This document shows, piece by piece, positions 1-10,175 of a stretch of DNA of 64,000 nt. The notes under the pieces are model-generated. The model ran no database searches and was not told where the DNA came from. It was given only the letters and a program-made list of their open reading frames with translations. Origin of the DNA: Syntrophales bacterium (lineage in GTDB: Bacteria > Desulfobacterota > Syntrophia > Syntrophales > UBA6807). The DNA lies in assembly GCA_040767195.1 (NCBI GenBank), contig JAXGPA010000003.1, positions 224,001 to 288,000 on the forward strand, in the 5' to 3' direction. The first letter of the stretch is position 1, and each line of letters opens with the position of its first letter. Both the position numbers and the translations under genes were made by a program.

Positions 1-387
1 CTTGACTTCCTCTTCCACGAGACCCTCCACGGGAATACGGCTTCTCCAGGCTTCCTCGAGGTGGGCCTTTCCCGCCGCCGTTTTGCCGATCCGGGTGGTA
101 AACTTTTTCTCGTTGTGGGCCGAAGACAGGAAATAGGCCTCGACGGTGTCCCCCTCCCGGATCCCGATGCCACCGTCCTCGCCGACAAATTCCGACCGGT
201 CGATAATGCCTTCCGTTTTTCCTCCGAGATCGACAAAGACCCACTCGGGGCTTATTTTTACGATCCGAACGGCATGCTTCTCGCCGGGCCGGAACCGTCG
301 CTGCCCCTCGGCCAGGCTCTGTTCCAGCAATTCACGAAAATCCGCCTCTTTCCGCTCGCCTTTTTCTGTGTCGTTCATTTCCTTCAT
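1..387 (-). CDS. 30S ribosomal protein S1 / S1 RNA-binding domain protein, N-terminal part (runs off window)
   Basis: Not in ORF track. Manual translation from ATG 387: MKEMNDTEKGERKEADFRELLEQSL...RIVKISPEWVFVDLGGKTEGIIDRSEF...GDTVEAYF...LEEAWRSRIPVEGLV; VFVDLGGKTEG and IPVEG are S1-type motifs; open to the window edge. Confidence 0.85.
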   Translation of the reverse strand, partial: MKEMNDTEKGERKEADFRELLEQSLAEGQRRFRPGEKHAVRIVKISPEWVFVDLGGKTEGIIDRSEFVGEDGGIGIREGDTVEAYFLSSAHNEKKFTTRIGKTAAGKAHLEEAWRSRIPVEGLVEEEVK

Positions 388-421
388 AGGGGACACCCGA
401 AATTAAAAAATTCTCCTTTCC

Positions 422-607
422 TCAATGCCTGAAAAAGAAATCAATAAAGGGATCATCGAATCTTTTTTCCATTTTTCTCACGCGGTAACCGAATGACACG
501 GCGCCGATGCCGATGAAAACCAGGACGGCGGCGACGATGATGGATAGAAGATGGGGAAACAGGGCGATGAGAATCCCCGCCACGATAAAGCCTATGCCGA
601 CGGCCAT
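422..607 (-). CDS. small membrane protein, two TM helices (DUF3096-like), 61 aa
   Basis: C-terminal part of track ORF 422..1051; GGGAGGTG RBS before ATG 607; MAVGIGFIVAGILIALFPHLLSIIVAAVLVFIG. Confidence 0.7.
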   Translation of the reverse strand: MAVGIGFIVAGILIALFPHLLSIIVAAVLVFIGIGAVSFGYRVRKMEKRFDDPFIDFFFRH

Positions 608-669
608 AAGGCACCTCCCGTTTCTTTTCTTTTTTTGCCGGTTACGATACGCTCTTCCCGAAACTTCTT

Positions 670-1473
670 TCAGTGGAACCGCCGATCCATGGCGGCCCCG
701 TATGGCCGCCACTCGTAGCAGGACCGGAGGTCGAGATAGGAAGCCCACAGGTCCACGAGCCGGATGTCTCCTTCGTGGTTGTCTTCCCCGCGATTCTCCA
801 GGGTTATTTTCACGAGCCCCTCCCCCTTTTCCCGGTACAGGGTCCCCGTGTAGGGGTTGACGTAGTTCACGCCGAAAAGGTCCCCCATGAGCCGGAAATA
901 GGCGTAGTTCATGAGATGGGACGCGTCGAATATTTTTTGCGGAGTGACTTTCCGGATCCTGTCGGAGAGAGAGAGGACCGCCGTTTCCCGCTGCTCCAGA
1001 ATGGCCTTCATCTGGACAGGGCGAAATTCCGGGAACCGCTCGTAGAGCCATGACTCCACGGCGATGTCGGTGGGCATGCGGGTCACTTGAAACACGATCC
1101 CGTCATACCAGACGATGATGAGCTGCCTTACCTTCTCGGTCCCGAGGGTCAGAGCGATTTCTTCTATTTCGTTCTTCATCTCCTCGAGAAACTGGATCAT
1201 GGTCTGCTGATTGGCCACGGGAACCCGGCGCGACTCGTCCCGGGCGCAAAGCATCCTGAGCAGATGACCGCACTCGTTGGCGATGATGTGATTGGCCACG
1301 GGACCGGCCCCCCTGCGATAGGAGAGCACATGGGCGGGGCGGCCTTCCGCGGCGACAGCCAGGTTCGCCGCTACGGGAAGGTGTTCGTTTTCCCGGTACT
1401 CTACCGGTTTGCCCGTCAGGGATTCCAGTTCCGCGAGCAAGGATTTCACGGTATCTAAAAGAAGCATCCCCAT
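670..1473 (-). CDS. hypothetical protein with degenerate zincin-like motif (NECGH)
   Basis: 267-aa ORF with protein-like composition, packed between aspC and the next gene. Confidence 0.7.
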   Translation of the reverse strand: MGMLLLDTVKSLLAELESLTGKPVEYRENEHLPVAANLAVAAEGRPAHVLSYRRGAGPVANHIIANECGHLLRMLCARDESRRVPVANQQTMIQFLEEMKNEIEEIALTLGTEKVRQLIIVWYDGIVFQVTRMPTDIAVESWLYERFPEFRPVQMKAILEQRETAVLSLSDRIRKVTPQKIFDASHLMNYAYFRLMGDLFGVNYVNPYTGTLYREKGEGLVKITLENRGEDNHEGDIRLVDLWASYLDLRSCYEWRPYGAAMDRRFH

Positions 1474-1493
1474 GACATGTTTATCTATAATTC

Positions 1494-2687
1494 TTATGCC
1501 AGCCGGGAGACAGCCGACCGGATCCGCTTCGCCCCTTCCTCGATGTTTTTCATCGACGTGGCGTAGGAAAGGCGGATATACCGGTCATCGCCGAAAGCCG
1601 AACCGGGAACGACGGCCACATCGGCCTCGTCGAGAAGAAAAGCGGCGAGGTCGAGAGAATTCCCGATGACCCGCTCTCCCCTTCTTCTACCGTAAAGACT
1701 CGCCACGTTGGGAAAAACATAAAAGGCCCCTTCGGGCTTCCGGCAGACCACACCGGGGATGTCGTTGAGGGCGGAAACGATAAAATCACGGCGCTTCCTG
1801 AATTCAATTACCATCTTCTCTGTGGGTTCCTGGGTCTCCCTGAGGGCCGCCACGGAGGCCTTCTGGGAGATGGACGTGGGGTTCGAGGTGTTCTGGCTCT
1901 GGATGTTCGATACGGCGGTGATGACCTGTTCCGGCCCGGCGGCGTAGCCGATCCGCCACCCTGTCATGGCATAGGCCTTTGAAACGCCGTTTACCACGAT
2001 CGTCCGGGCCTTCATGTCCTCTCCCGTGTTGGCCATGTTGGAAAAAACGAACCCGTCGTAAAGGACTTTTTCATAAATGTCGTCGGAAATGACAAGAATG
2101 TCCGTTTCCCCGAGGATATCCCCCAGGGCTTTCAGTTCTTCCCGGGTGTAGGTCGTCCCCGTGGGGTTGGAGGGGCTGTTCACGATAACCGCTCGCGTGG
2201 ACGGCGTGATGGCCCGTCTCAAGGCTTGCGGCGTCATCTTGAAACCGTCCTCTTCCCGGGTTTGGAGAATGACGGGAACGGCGTCTGCCAGGACGATGAT
2301 GTCGGGGTAGGACACCCAGAAGGGCGCCGGCACGATGACCTCGTCCCCTTCCTCGAAGAGGGCCTGGGCCAGGTTGTAGAGGGTGTGTTTCGCGCCGCAG
2401 GAAACGACGATGTTCGACCGCCCGTAAGTAAGGCCGTTCTCCCTCTCCAGTTTTCCGGCGATGGCGTCTTTCAGCTCGTCGGTCCCCCCGACGGGCGTGT
2501 ACTTGGTGAAGCCCTCCTCAATGGCCCGAATCCCGGCATTCTTGATGTGGTCCGGCGTGTCGAAATCCGGTTCCCCGGCCCCGAAGCCGATGATGTCCCT
2601 TCCCTGGGCCCTCAGGGCGTTGGCTTTCGCCGTGATGGCCAGGGTGGGAGACGGTTTGATGCGATGGACCCGAGTGGCGAGTTTCAT
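1494..2687 (-). CDS. aspC: aspartate aminotransferase (class I/II PLP-dependent)
   Basis: GAGEPDFDTP, NSPSNPTG, SDDIYE and SKAYAMTGWRIGY motifs; start moved to MKLATRV (2687). Confidence 0.92.
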   Translation of the reverse strand: MKLATRVHRIKPSPTLAITAKANALRAQGRDIIGFGAGEPDFDTPDHIKNAGIRAIEEGFTKYTPVGGTDELKDAIAGKLERENGLTYGRSNIVVSCGAKHTLYNLAQALFEEGDEVIVPAPFWVSYPDIIVLADAVPVILQTREEDGFKMTPQALRRAITPSTRAVIVNSPSNPTGTTYTREELKALGDILGETDILVISDDIYEKVLYDGFVFSNMANTGEDMKARTIVVNGVSKAYAMTGWRIGYAAGPEQVITAVSNIQSQNTSNPTSISQKASVAALRETQEPTEKMVIEFRKRRDFIVSALNDIPGVVCRKPEGAFYVFPNVASLYGRRRGERVIGNSLDLAAFLLDEADVAVVPGSAFGDDRYIRLSYATSMKNIEEGAKRIRSAVSRLA

Positions 2688-2716
2688 GGACGCTGTTCCT
2701 TTCTCCAGGCGTTGCC

Positions 2717-3205
2717 TTATTTCATGCCGGGAAGCTTTTCCCGCAATTTCTGAAGAACCGAATCCGGCACCAGCCCGCGGACGGATCCGCCGAAGCCCGC
2801 CGCTTCCTTCACGATGCTCGAATTGCAGTAAAACCACCGGGACCCCGTCATGAGGAAGATGGTCTCGATACCCCGATCGAGGCGCCGGTTCATGAGGGCC
2901 ATCTGGAATTCGTACTCGAAATCGGACATGGCCCGGAGACCCCGAAGAATGGCGCAGGCCCCGGCCTTCCGGACGTATTCCACGATCAGCCCCGAGTCGT
3001 GATCCACAGAAATCCGGTCATTGTCGCCAATGACTTCCCGGATCAGGCTGACCCTCTCTTCGACGGTAAAAAGAGATTTCTTCACGGGATTGTAGGACAC
3101 CAGAATGATGAGTCTGTCGAAGACCCGCAACCCCCGGTTGATGATGTCGATGTGACCGTTGGTAATGGGGTCGAAAGAACCGGGATAGACGGCTGTTTTT
3201 TCCAT
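2717..3205 (-). CDS. coaD: phosphopantetheine adenylyltransferase
   Basis: YPGSFDPITNGHIDII, RGLRAMSDFEYE; GGAGAGG RBS. Confidence 0.97.
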   Translation of the reverse strand: MEKTAVYPGSFDPITNGHIDIINRGLRVFDRLIILVSYNPVKKSLFTVEERVSLIREVIGDNDRISVDHDSGLIVEYVRKAGACAILRGLRAMSDFEYEFQMALMNRRLDRGIETIFLMTGSRWFYCNSSIVKEAAGFGGSVRGLVPDSVLQKLREKLPGMK

Positions 3206-3351
3206 GATCACCTCTCCGATATTTTGTGCTCACTTACGCGGCAAAACATTCCTTCCGTCGGTCCGGCAAAGATCCGGGAGCCTGGAACCTGCACCCGTGT
3301 CCGTGACCTGAAATCAAAGGCATCGCATTCTGCAGGCTCTTGACAAGGCCG

Positions 3352-3906
3352 TCACCCCCTGTCGAGGGCGAAAAAAGAGAGCACCGTGTCCCCGTAGCGG
3401 CGCCTGTCCCGGAGAGCGAGGGATTCGTAGCGCTTTCCTGTTTCTTCCCGGATGGCGTGCTCGACGACGACGAGCCCTGTATCCTTGAGAACCTCCCCCC
3501 CTCCGAGAGCCTCGAGAGTCCCGGCAATGTGTCCTTTCTCATAAGGCGGGTCGGCGAACACGATGTCAAACCGGTCCCCTCTTTCTTGAAGAAACGGAAG
3601 CACCCGTTCAACCGGTCCCGTGATGACCTCGGACCGTTCCCCAAATCCCAGCGCCTCCAGGTTTTTCCCGATAAGGGTGACCCAAGCCGGCTCTTTTTCC
3701 ACGAGAACGGCCCGTTTTGCTCCCCGGCTCAGGGCTTCCAGGGAAACATTTCCCGTTCCGGCGAAAAGTTCAAGGAAAAAAATCCCCTCCATATCGGGAA
3801 GAAGATTGAAGAGGGATTCCTTGACCCGGTCCGAGGTGAGTCTCAGTTTTTTTTCCCGGGGAACCTGGATTTTTCGCCCTTTCGCCTCTCCCCTGATTAT
3901 TCTCAC
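3352..3906 (-). CDS. rsmD: 16S rRNA m2G966 methyltransferase
   Basis: MRIIRGEAKGR, DRVKESLFNLL, LELFAGTG, FADPPY; canonical position next to coaD. Confidence 0.95.
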   Translation of the reverse strand: MRIIRGEAKGRKIQVPREKKLRLTSDRVKESLFNLLPDMEGIFFLELFAGTGNVSLEALSRGAKRAVLVEKEPAWVTLIGKNLEALGFGERSEVITGPVERVLPFLQERGDRFDIVFADPPYEKGHIAGTLEALGGGEVLKDTGLVVVEHAIREETGKRYESLALRDRRRYGDTVLSFFALDRG

Positions 3907-4020
3907 AGTTTTACCATCCTGGAGAAATAGGACAGTCGGAATATTCTGCCTCCCCTCCGGCCCGCCGTAACTATCATGGTGGTTTGCGTTTTTCTTTAGA
4001 GAATTTACGAAGTCGTCGTT

Positions 4021-4803
4021 TTAGTTACTTTTTACGAGTTCGTCAACCTTGCTCAATTCTTTTTTTTTCACCAGTTTTCTGAACAATTTCAGGACCAGCC
4101 ATCCCGGTCCGGAAACGCTGTATGCCACCGCGAGGGCGAAAAGGGTGATTCGCGGCTCGAGAATAATGACGGTGAAGCCGAGGATAATCCCGACAAGCGT
4201 CATGAAGGGCTTCTTCGAGAAGACGTTCAGGTCTTTGAAGCTGTAATACTTGACGTTGCTGACCATGAGCAGGGACAGGATGATCATGACGGGAATGAAT
4301 AAAGCCGAATCGAGCGTCGTCACGCCGATGAAATACCCGTGAAAGAGGACCGATGTGGCGACGACGATGGCGGCGGCGGGGATGGGCAGGCCGTTGAAGA
4401 CGCGGCTTTCGATGATCCCGATCTGAATATTGAACCGGGCCAGCCGAAGGGCCCCGCAGGCCACGAAAAGAAAGGCGGCCATCCAGCCGTAACGGCCGTA
4501 GGGAGACAGGGTCCACAGGTAGGCCAGCATGGCCGGCGCGACGCCGAAGGCGACGAGGTCCACCAGGGAATCGTACTCGCTCCCGAACTTGCTCGTCGTG
4601 TTGGTCATCCGGGCAATCCGCCCGTCGAGGCCGTCGAGGATCCAGGAGATCAGTATGGATACCGCCGCATGGCCGAACGCCCCCCGGGTGGCGGCGATAA
4701 TGGCGTAAAAGCCGCAGAAAAGGCTGGCCGTGGTAAAAAGGTTGGGGAGGATGTAGATCCCCTTTTTCATTCTTTCCCGCCTGAGCCTTTGCTTGTCGTT
4801 CAT
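4021..4803 (-). CDS. pssA: CDP-diacylglycerol--serine O-phosphatidyltransferase
   Basis: LPNLFTT, DGLDGRIAR..G.EYDSL.D CDP-alcohol phosphotransferase motif, LRLARFN. Confidence 0.95.
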   Translation of the reverse strand: MNDKQRLRRERMKKGIYILPNLFTTASLFCGFYAIIAATRGAFGHAAVSILISWILDGLDGRIARMTNTTSKFGSEYDSLVDLVAFGVAPAMLAYLWTLSPYGRYGWMAAFLFVACGALRLARFNIQIGIIESRVFNGLPIPAAAIVVATSVLFHGYFIGVTTLDSALFIPVMIILSLLMVSNVKYYSFKDLNVFSKKPFMTLVGIILGFTVIILEPRITLFALAVAYSVSGPGWLVLKLFRKLVKKKELSKVDELVKSN

Positions 4804-5444
4804 GGCAGATACCCGATCACCGTTTCTCCCGCCCGGACACGGTCGCCTTTGTCGACGGCGACCCGCGTATCGGGCGGCATGAAAACCTCGAGGCGTGAGC
4901 CGAAACGGATGAGGCCGAACCGCTCACCCCTCTCCACGGCCATGCCCTCCTTCACCCAGCAGACGATCCTGCGGGCGATGAGCCCGGCGATCTGGGTGGT
5001 CATGATCTCCGTTCCGTCATGCCCCTCGACGAGAAGGGCGCTTCTCTCGTTGAGACTGGACGCCTTGTCCAGGTTCGCCGAGAGAAATTTCCCCGGGGTG
5101 TACCGTATCTTCCGGACCGTCCCCGACGTGGGGACCCGGTTCACGTGGACGTTGAAAATATTCATGAATATGCTGACTTTTTTGACTTTTCTATGGAGTA
5201 TCTCGTCCTCGACGAGTTCTTCCACTTTCAGCACTTTTCCGTCCGCCGGCGAAAGGATGGACTTTTCATCCCCCGGCGCCGTCCGGTCGGGGTTCCTGAA
5301 AAACCAGACAGTGAAAAGGAAAAGGAGGAAAAAAACCATCGATGTCCGGTAAAAATCGAGGAGAAGAAAAAGAAGAAGCAGGGCCGCCAGGGGGAGGATG
5401 ATAGGAAGCCCCTCAAGGGCGATCGGGCTGTTTTTATGGTTCAC
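4800..5444 (-). CDS. psd: phosphatidylserine decarboxylase proenzyme
   Basis: FFRNPDR, SPADGKV, HVNRVP, IRFGSR self-cleavage motif; GTG start at 5444 chosen. Confidence 0.93.
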   Translation of the reverse strand: MNHKNSPIALEGLPIILPLAALLLLFLLLDFYRTSMVFFLLFLFTVWFFRNPDRTAPGDEKSILSPADGKVLKVEELVEDEILHRKVKKVSIFMNIFNVHVNRVPTSGTVRKIRYTPGKFLSANLDKASSLNERSALLVEGHDGTEIMTTQIAGLIARRIVCWVKEGMAVERGERFGLIRFGSRLEVFMPPDTRVAVDKGDRVRAGETVIGYLP

Positions 5445-6150
5445 GGGAAGCTCCCTCCGCCGACTCCACGGCCTTTCTTTTTTCCGCCTCGGACAGGCGA
5501 AGATAATGAGGCACAAATGTCAGAATATTTAAGATATCATTCCCATGAAATTTTTTCAATCCGAGAAGGCCCACCGACGACGCCCGGACGAGGTGTCCCG
5601 ACGGGGCCGGAAAAACGGCTTTTCCACCCAGGAAGGACCGTATCCGGGATTCATAGCGGACGGCCCCGTCCCCGATGAAAAGGATCTCTCCTTTCAGCTT
5701 CCCGAGAAAAGCCTCCAGGGGCGTGACCCGCCCCGGCTCGATCTCGATAACCTCCCCGCCGTCCTCCAGCCGGAAGAGGGCCGCATAGACCTCCTCTTTC
5801 CGTGCGTCAAGCATGGGACACACGAGCCGCTCCCCGGGCCCGCCGTTCAACGCCAGGGCCTCAAGGGTGGAAACACCCGCCACGGGAACGCCCCAGGCCA
5901 TGGCGAGGCCCTTGACCACGCTGGCTCCTATCCGAAGGCCCGTAAAGGACCCGGGGCCCGTGGTGAGGGCGATGAGGCCCGTTTCAGCGGGTGAACGGCC
6001 CGCTGTCTGATAGAGGGTATCCACGGCGGGCAGAAGGGTTTCCCCGTGATGCCGGTCCAGGTTGATGAGGATTTCGAGGAGGGGAACCCCGCCGTCGAGG
6101 AGGGCCACGGCGGCCGATCTGGTTGCCGAGTCAATCGCTAATGTGATCAT
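5434..6150 (-). CDS. tsaB: tRNA t6A biosynthesis protein TsaB
   Basis: LAIDSAT, GPGSFTGLRIG, DARKEEVY. Confidence 0.95.
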   Translation of the reverse strand: MITLAIDSATRSAAVALLDGGVPLLEILINLDRHHGETLLPAVDTLYQTAGRSPAETGLIALTTGPGSFTGLRIGASVVKGLAMAWGVPVAGVSTLEALALNGGPGERLVCPMLDARKEEVYAALFRLEDGGEVIEIEPGRVTPLEAFLGKLKGEILFIGDGAVRYESRIRSFLGGKAVFPAPSGHLVRASSVGLLGLKKFHGNDILNILTFVPHYLRLSEAEKRKAVESAEGASREP

Positions 6151-7217
6151 TCCGAGGGAGTTATTATCCTTACGATGTCATTGTAAAAGACGAAAATCAT
6201 GAGAAGAATGAGTATGAAGAAACCGATCTGCTGGGCCCGTTCACGCCAGCGGATGTTGACTTCCCTGCCCGTCACCAGTTCGATCCCGTAAAAGAAAAGA
6301 TGACCGCCGTCCAGGACGGGGATGGGCAGAAGATTCAGAACACCCAGGTTGATGCTCAGGATGGCCATGAAAAAGAGAAAAGGGAGAATGCCTTCCCGAA
6401 CCTGGGTCCCCGCCATCTGGGCGATGAGAATGGGCCCCCCGAGCGTCTTCGGCGACAGGACCCCTTCGATCATCTTTACGATGCTCAGCACAGTCAGTTT
6501 CGTCATGTTCCAGGTATAAACCAGGGACGACAGAAAGGCCCGTCCCGGGTTTTCCCGGCGGTCCACCGTTTCGGAGGACGCCATGATCCCGATTTTGTAG
6601 GAATCGATCTCCTCGCCGAAAATGTTCCGGCTTTTCATGATCTCCGGTTGCAGTGTCCACTGAAGGGTTTCACCGTCTCTTTCGATGACGATCTCGATTT
6701 CCTTTCCGCCGCTTCCCTGGACCGACGCGACGATATCGGACCAGAGGGAGACGGGCCGGCCGTTCATGGAAACGATGCGGTCACCTTCACGGATTCCCGC
6801 CTGAAAGGCGGGCGTTCCCTCCGGCACGCCGCCTACCCGGGAGGTTATCTCCGGTACACCGGCCATGAAAATAACGGTCAGAACGAGGATGGCAAAGAGA
6901 AAATTGAACAGGGGCCCGGCGGCGACAATGGCGATCCGTCTTGTCACCGGCTGCTTCTGAAAGGAGCGTTTTTCGTCTTCAGCGGAAATCTCTTCTTCGC
7001 CGGACTCCCCGAAAAGCTTCACGTAGCCGCCCAGGGGAATGGCGGAGACCCGGTATTCGGTCTCGCCGATCTGCCGGCCCACGAGCCGCGGCCCGAAACC
7101 GAGGGAGAACTTGAGGACCCCGACGCCGCACATCTTGGCGGCCAGAAAATGCCCCAGTTCGTGGACAAAAATGAGAATACCCAGCAGAATGATGACGGAA
7201 ATGATGTCGATGCCCAT
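6147..7217 (-). CDS. rseP: RIP metalloprotease RseP
   Basis: HELGH, PDZ domain, NLLPIPVLDGGH. Confidence 0.96.
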   Translation of the reverse strand: MGIDIISVIILLGILIFVHELGHFLAAKMCGVGVLKFSLGFGPRLVGRQIGETEYRVSAIPLGGYVKLFGESGEEEISAEDEKRSFQKQPVTRRIAIVAAGPLFNFLFAILVLTVIFMAGVPEITSRVGGVPEGTPAFQAGIREGDRIVSMNGRPVSLWSDIVASVQGSGGKEIEIVIERDGETLQWTLQPEIMKSRNIFGEEIDSYKIGIMASSETVDRRENPGRAFLSSLVYTWNMTKLTVLSIVKMIEGVLSPKTLGGPILIAQMAGTQVREGILPFLFFMAILSINLGVLNLLPIPVLDGGHLFFYGIELVTGREVNIRWRERAQQIGFFILILLMIFVFYNDIVRIITPSE

Positions 7218-7226
7218 GGGAACCCG

Positions 7227-8390
7227 TTATGTTTCCTTTTCGATGTATTCCAGCGTTTTTTCCCGGCTCCACCGGTCCGCTTCGAGCACGTCCCCGATGC
7301 CGCGGGGCTCGAAGGCGGCATGGCTGTTCATGGTTTTCTCGATGAGCCGGGGAATGTCCGGAAAGGCGATTTTTCCGGAAAGAAACGCCTCCACAGCGAT
7401 TTCGTTCGCCCCGTTCAGAACCGCCGGCATCGTGCCGCCCTCGCTGACGGCCCGGAAGGCCAGCCCCAGGCAGGGGAATTTTTCAAGATCCGGCGGGTAA
7501 AACGCGAGGGGGCCCGTTTTCAGGAAGTCCGGGGCGAACCGTCCATCCTCCAGCCTCTCGGGATATCCCAGGGCGTAGGAAATGGGGACACGCATGTCCG
7601 GCAGTCCCATCTGGGCCAGAACCGAACCGTCCCGGAACTCCACCATGGAATGGATGATGCTCTGGGGATGGACAATCACGTCGATCCGGTCGGCGCCGAT
7701 ATCGAAGAGCCAACGGGCCTCGATGACCTCGAGCCCCTTGTTCATCATGGTGGCCGAGTCGATGGTGATCTTTTTCCCCATGATCCAGTTGGGATGGCGC
7801 AGCGCGTCGGCGGGGGTGATTTTCCCGAAGTCCTCTTTGGGAAAACGGAAAAAGGGTCCCCCCGAAGCGGTGAGAAGAATCCTTTTCAGCCGTTTTTTAT
7901 CCTGCCCTTCCAGGCACTGGAAGATGGCGCTGTGCTCGCTGTCCACGGGTACGAGGCGGACCCCCCGGGACTGGGCCCGGTCCATGACGAGCCGGCCCGC
8001 CGTGACGAGGGTTTCCTTGTTGGCCAGGGCGATGTCCTTTCCCGCCTCGATGGCCGCCATGGTGGGAACGAGGCCGGCGGCGCCCACCATGGCCGAGAGG
8101 ACCATGTCCCCCTCGGACAGGGAGGCCGCTTCGGCATACCCCGGCCCTCCCCACAGGATGGAAATCCCGCGGGCTTGCGCTCCCAGGGATTCTTTCAGTT
8201 TATCGGCATGCTCCTTGTCCATGACCGCCGCCACGGCAGGTCTGAAGGCCAGGATCTGCTCCCTGAGGAGGCCGATGTTCCGTCCCGCCGCGAGGGCGAC
8301 GACCCGGAACCGGTTCCGGTGCCTTTCGATCACGTCGAGGGCGCTCGTTCCAATGGACCCCGTGGACCCCAGTATGACAACGCCCTTCAT
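7227..8390 (-). CDS. dxr: 1-deoxy-D-xylulose 5-phosphate reductoisomerase
   Basis: LGSTGSIG, LANKE, PVDSEHSAIFQC, IDSATMMNKGLE; true start MKGVVILG at 8390 overlaps the cdsA stop. Confidence 0.97.
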   Translation of the reverse strand: MKGVVILGSTGSIGTSALDVIERHRNRFRVVALAAGRNIGLLREQILAFRPAVAAVMDKEHADKLKESLGAQARGISILWGGPGYAEAASLSEGDMVLSAMVGAAGLVPTMAAIEAGKDIALANKETLVTAGRLVMDRAQSRGVRLVPVDSEHSAIFQCLEGQDKKRLKRILLTASGGPFFRFPKEDFGKITPADALRHPNWIMGKKITIDSATMMNKGLEVIEARWLFDIGADRIDVIVHPQSIIHSMVEFRDGSVLAQMGLPDMRVPISYALGYPERLEDGRFAPDFLKTGPLAFYPPDLEKFPCLGLAFRAVSEGGTMPAVLNGANEIAVEAFLSGKIAFPDIPRLIEKTMNSHAAFEPRGIGDVLEADRWSREKTLEYIEKET

Positions 8391-9193
8391 CGAATCACCA
8401 GGATGATGTAGTAATAAACGAAAGGAACCATGAGTATGAGGGAATCCAGCCGGTCCAGGACACCGCCGTGCCCGGGGAAGAAGCCGCCCGAGTCCTTCAT
8501 GTCGGCGCCCCTTTTGATGGCCGACTCGAAAAGATCTCCCAGCTGGCAGAGAATGCTCCCTAAAAAAGCCAGGAGGACCGTGTCCAAGACGGAAACACCG
8601 GGAAGGAAGACGTATCGGAAGACGAGACACCCGAGGATGCTTCCCGCCACGAGCCCCAGGGTTCCCTCCACGGTTTTCCCGCCGCTTACGTTGGGCATGA
8701 GTTTGTGCCTTCCCCAAGTCCGACCCACGTAAAAAGCGGAAATATCGCCCGAAAAGGCGAGAACGACAATGAAGAAGATCCAGGCCGTTCCGCCGTCCAG
8801 GCCCCGTATCAACACGGCGTGGGAAAACAGAAAGGGCAGATAGACGACACCGAAAGTGACTTTCATGAGGTCGGCCATGTCCGGGAGAACGTCGCCGGCC
8901 CGGAAAAGATAGAGCAGGAAGAGAGCCGTGAAGAGGAAGACTGACGATGCCGTGAGGAGGGTCACCCCCCCCAGAAAGGACGACAGGGGCAGAAACAGGG
9001 CGGCCGCCAGGCCCTCCGCCCTTTCGAAATGACGGCCGTCGCCGAAAACCATGCGGTGGTATTCGAGAAAACCGCCGAGGAGCAGAAGGGTGATGAGTCC
9101 TGTGAAGATGAGAACGTTTCCGAAGAAAACGACGGCAAAGACAACGGGAGCGGCAATGATCCCGGTAATCCATCTTTTCGCGTGGGGGTTCAT
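8387..9193 (-). CDS. cdsA: phosphatidate cytidylyltransferase
   Basis: SGGKTVEG, GDLFESAIKR, KDSG..FPGHGGVLDRLDS. Confidence 0.95.
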   Translation of the reverse strand: MNPHAKRWITGIIAAPVVFAVVFFGNVLIFTGLITLLLLGGFLEYHRMVFGDGRHFERAEGLAAALFLPLSSFLGGVTLLTASSVFLFTALFLLYLFRAGDVLPDMADLMKVTFGVVYLPFLFSHAVLIRGLDGGTAWIFFIVVLAFSGDISAFYVGRTWGRHKLMPNVSGGKTVEGTLGLVAGSILGCLVFRYVFLPGVSVLDTVLLAFLGSILCQLGDLFESAIKRGADMKDSGGFFPGHGGVLDRLDSLILMVPFVYYYIILVIR

Positions 9194-9196
9194 AGG

Positions 9197-9934
9197 TTAC
9201 CTTGAAAGCTGGTCGCTTGTCCTCCCGAAACGCCTTTCCCGGTTCTGGTAGTCGGCGATGGCCCGCAGCAGGTGCTCACGGCTGAAATCCGGCCAGAGGA
9301 CGTCGGTAAAGTAAAGCTCCGTGTAGGCCATCTGCCACAGGAGGAAATTGCTGATCCGGTATTCGCCGCTCGTGCGGATCAGGATATCGGGGTCAGGCAT
9401 GGCGGCGGTGAAAAGAAAACGGGAAAAGGTCTCCTTCGTGATCTCCTCTTCCTTCAGCGTCCCGGCCCGGGACCGGCGCGCGATTTCTCTCGCCGCCGTG
9501 ACGATCTCGTCCCTTCCGCCGTAACTCAGGGCGAGGGTCAGTGTCATCCTGTCGTTTCCCTTCGTTTTGTCCTCTATTTCCGCCAGGGTCTCCCGGATGA
9601 GCGGGGGAAGCGCTTCCACGTTCCCGATGCTCCTGAGGGAAATCCCGTTTTCCAGCATCTCTTCCAACTCGGACAGGAGATACTCCCGGAGGAGCACCAT
9701 GAGGGCCGTCACTTCCTCCCGGGGGCGCTGCCAGTTTTCAACGGAAAAGGCGAAGAGCGTCAGGTACCGGACGCCGATCTCCCGGCAGGCACGGACAATT
9801 TCCCGGACCGACTGGGCCCCTTTCCGGTGACCCTCGATTCTCTTAAGCGAGCGCTGCTTCGCCCACCGGCCGTTGCCGTCCATGATAACGGCGATGTGTC
9901 TGGGGATTCTCTTCCCGTCTATCTCCATGGTCAT
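9197..9934 (-). CDS. uppS: undecaprenyl diphosphate synthase
   Basis: HIAVIMDGNGRWA, FSVENWQRP, IRTSGEYRISNFLLWQ. Confidence 0.97.
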   Translation of the reverse strand: MTMEIDGKRIPRHIAVIMDGNGRWAKQRSLKRIEGHRKGAQSVREIVRACREIGVRYLTLFAFSVENWQRPREEVTALMVLLREYLLSELEEMLENGISLRSIGNVEALPPLIRETLAEIEDKTKGNDRMTLTLALSYGGRDEIVTAAREIARRSRAGTLKEEEITKETFSRFLFTAAMPDPDILIRTSGEYRISNFLLWQMAYTELYFTDVLWPDFSREHLLRAIADYQNRERRFGRTSDQLSR

Positions 9935-10175
9935 CGAAAATATCAGCCCCTGTCAGGCCTTGGGATGTACCACAGCCCATGGACATTTTCAAGGCATCTT
10001 TTCCCGGAAAGGGGACCAATCTTTTTGAGAAAATTAACTTTTTTTCGCTAATTCAACGACACCGGTGAAGACGGCCGCCGAACCGGGCACGCCCGGGGAC
10101 CGGCCTCGTTTCACCGACCGGCCCGTGGGGGAATCGAGGATAGAAAGTCGCCTTGAATTGTGCTATGAAGAGACG

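Noticed and set aside
6300..8411. 703-aa + strand ORF (similar: 41077..43458 minus, 44489..46387 minus, 53077..55269 plus, 32948..34681 plus)
   Set aside because: Antisense shadows of well-supported genes, expected with high GC3; no motifs of their own.
7227..9173. 648-aa Dxr with a long N-terminal extension (likewise the extended track starts of aspC, M16 and psd)
   Set aside because: The extension is an alternative frame over the upstream gene; starts were reassigned.
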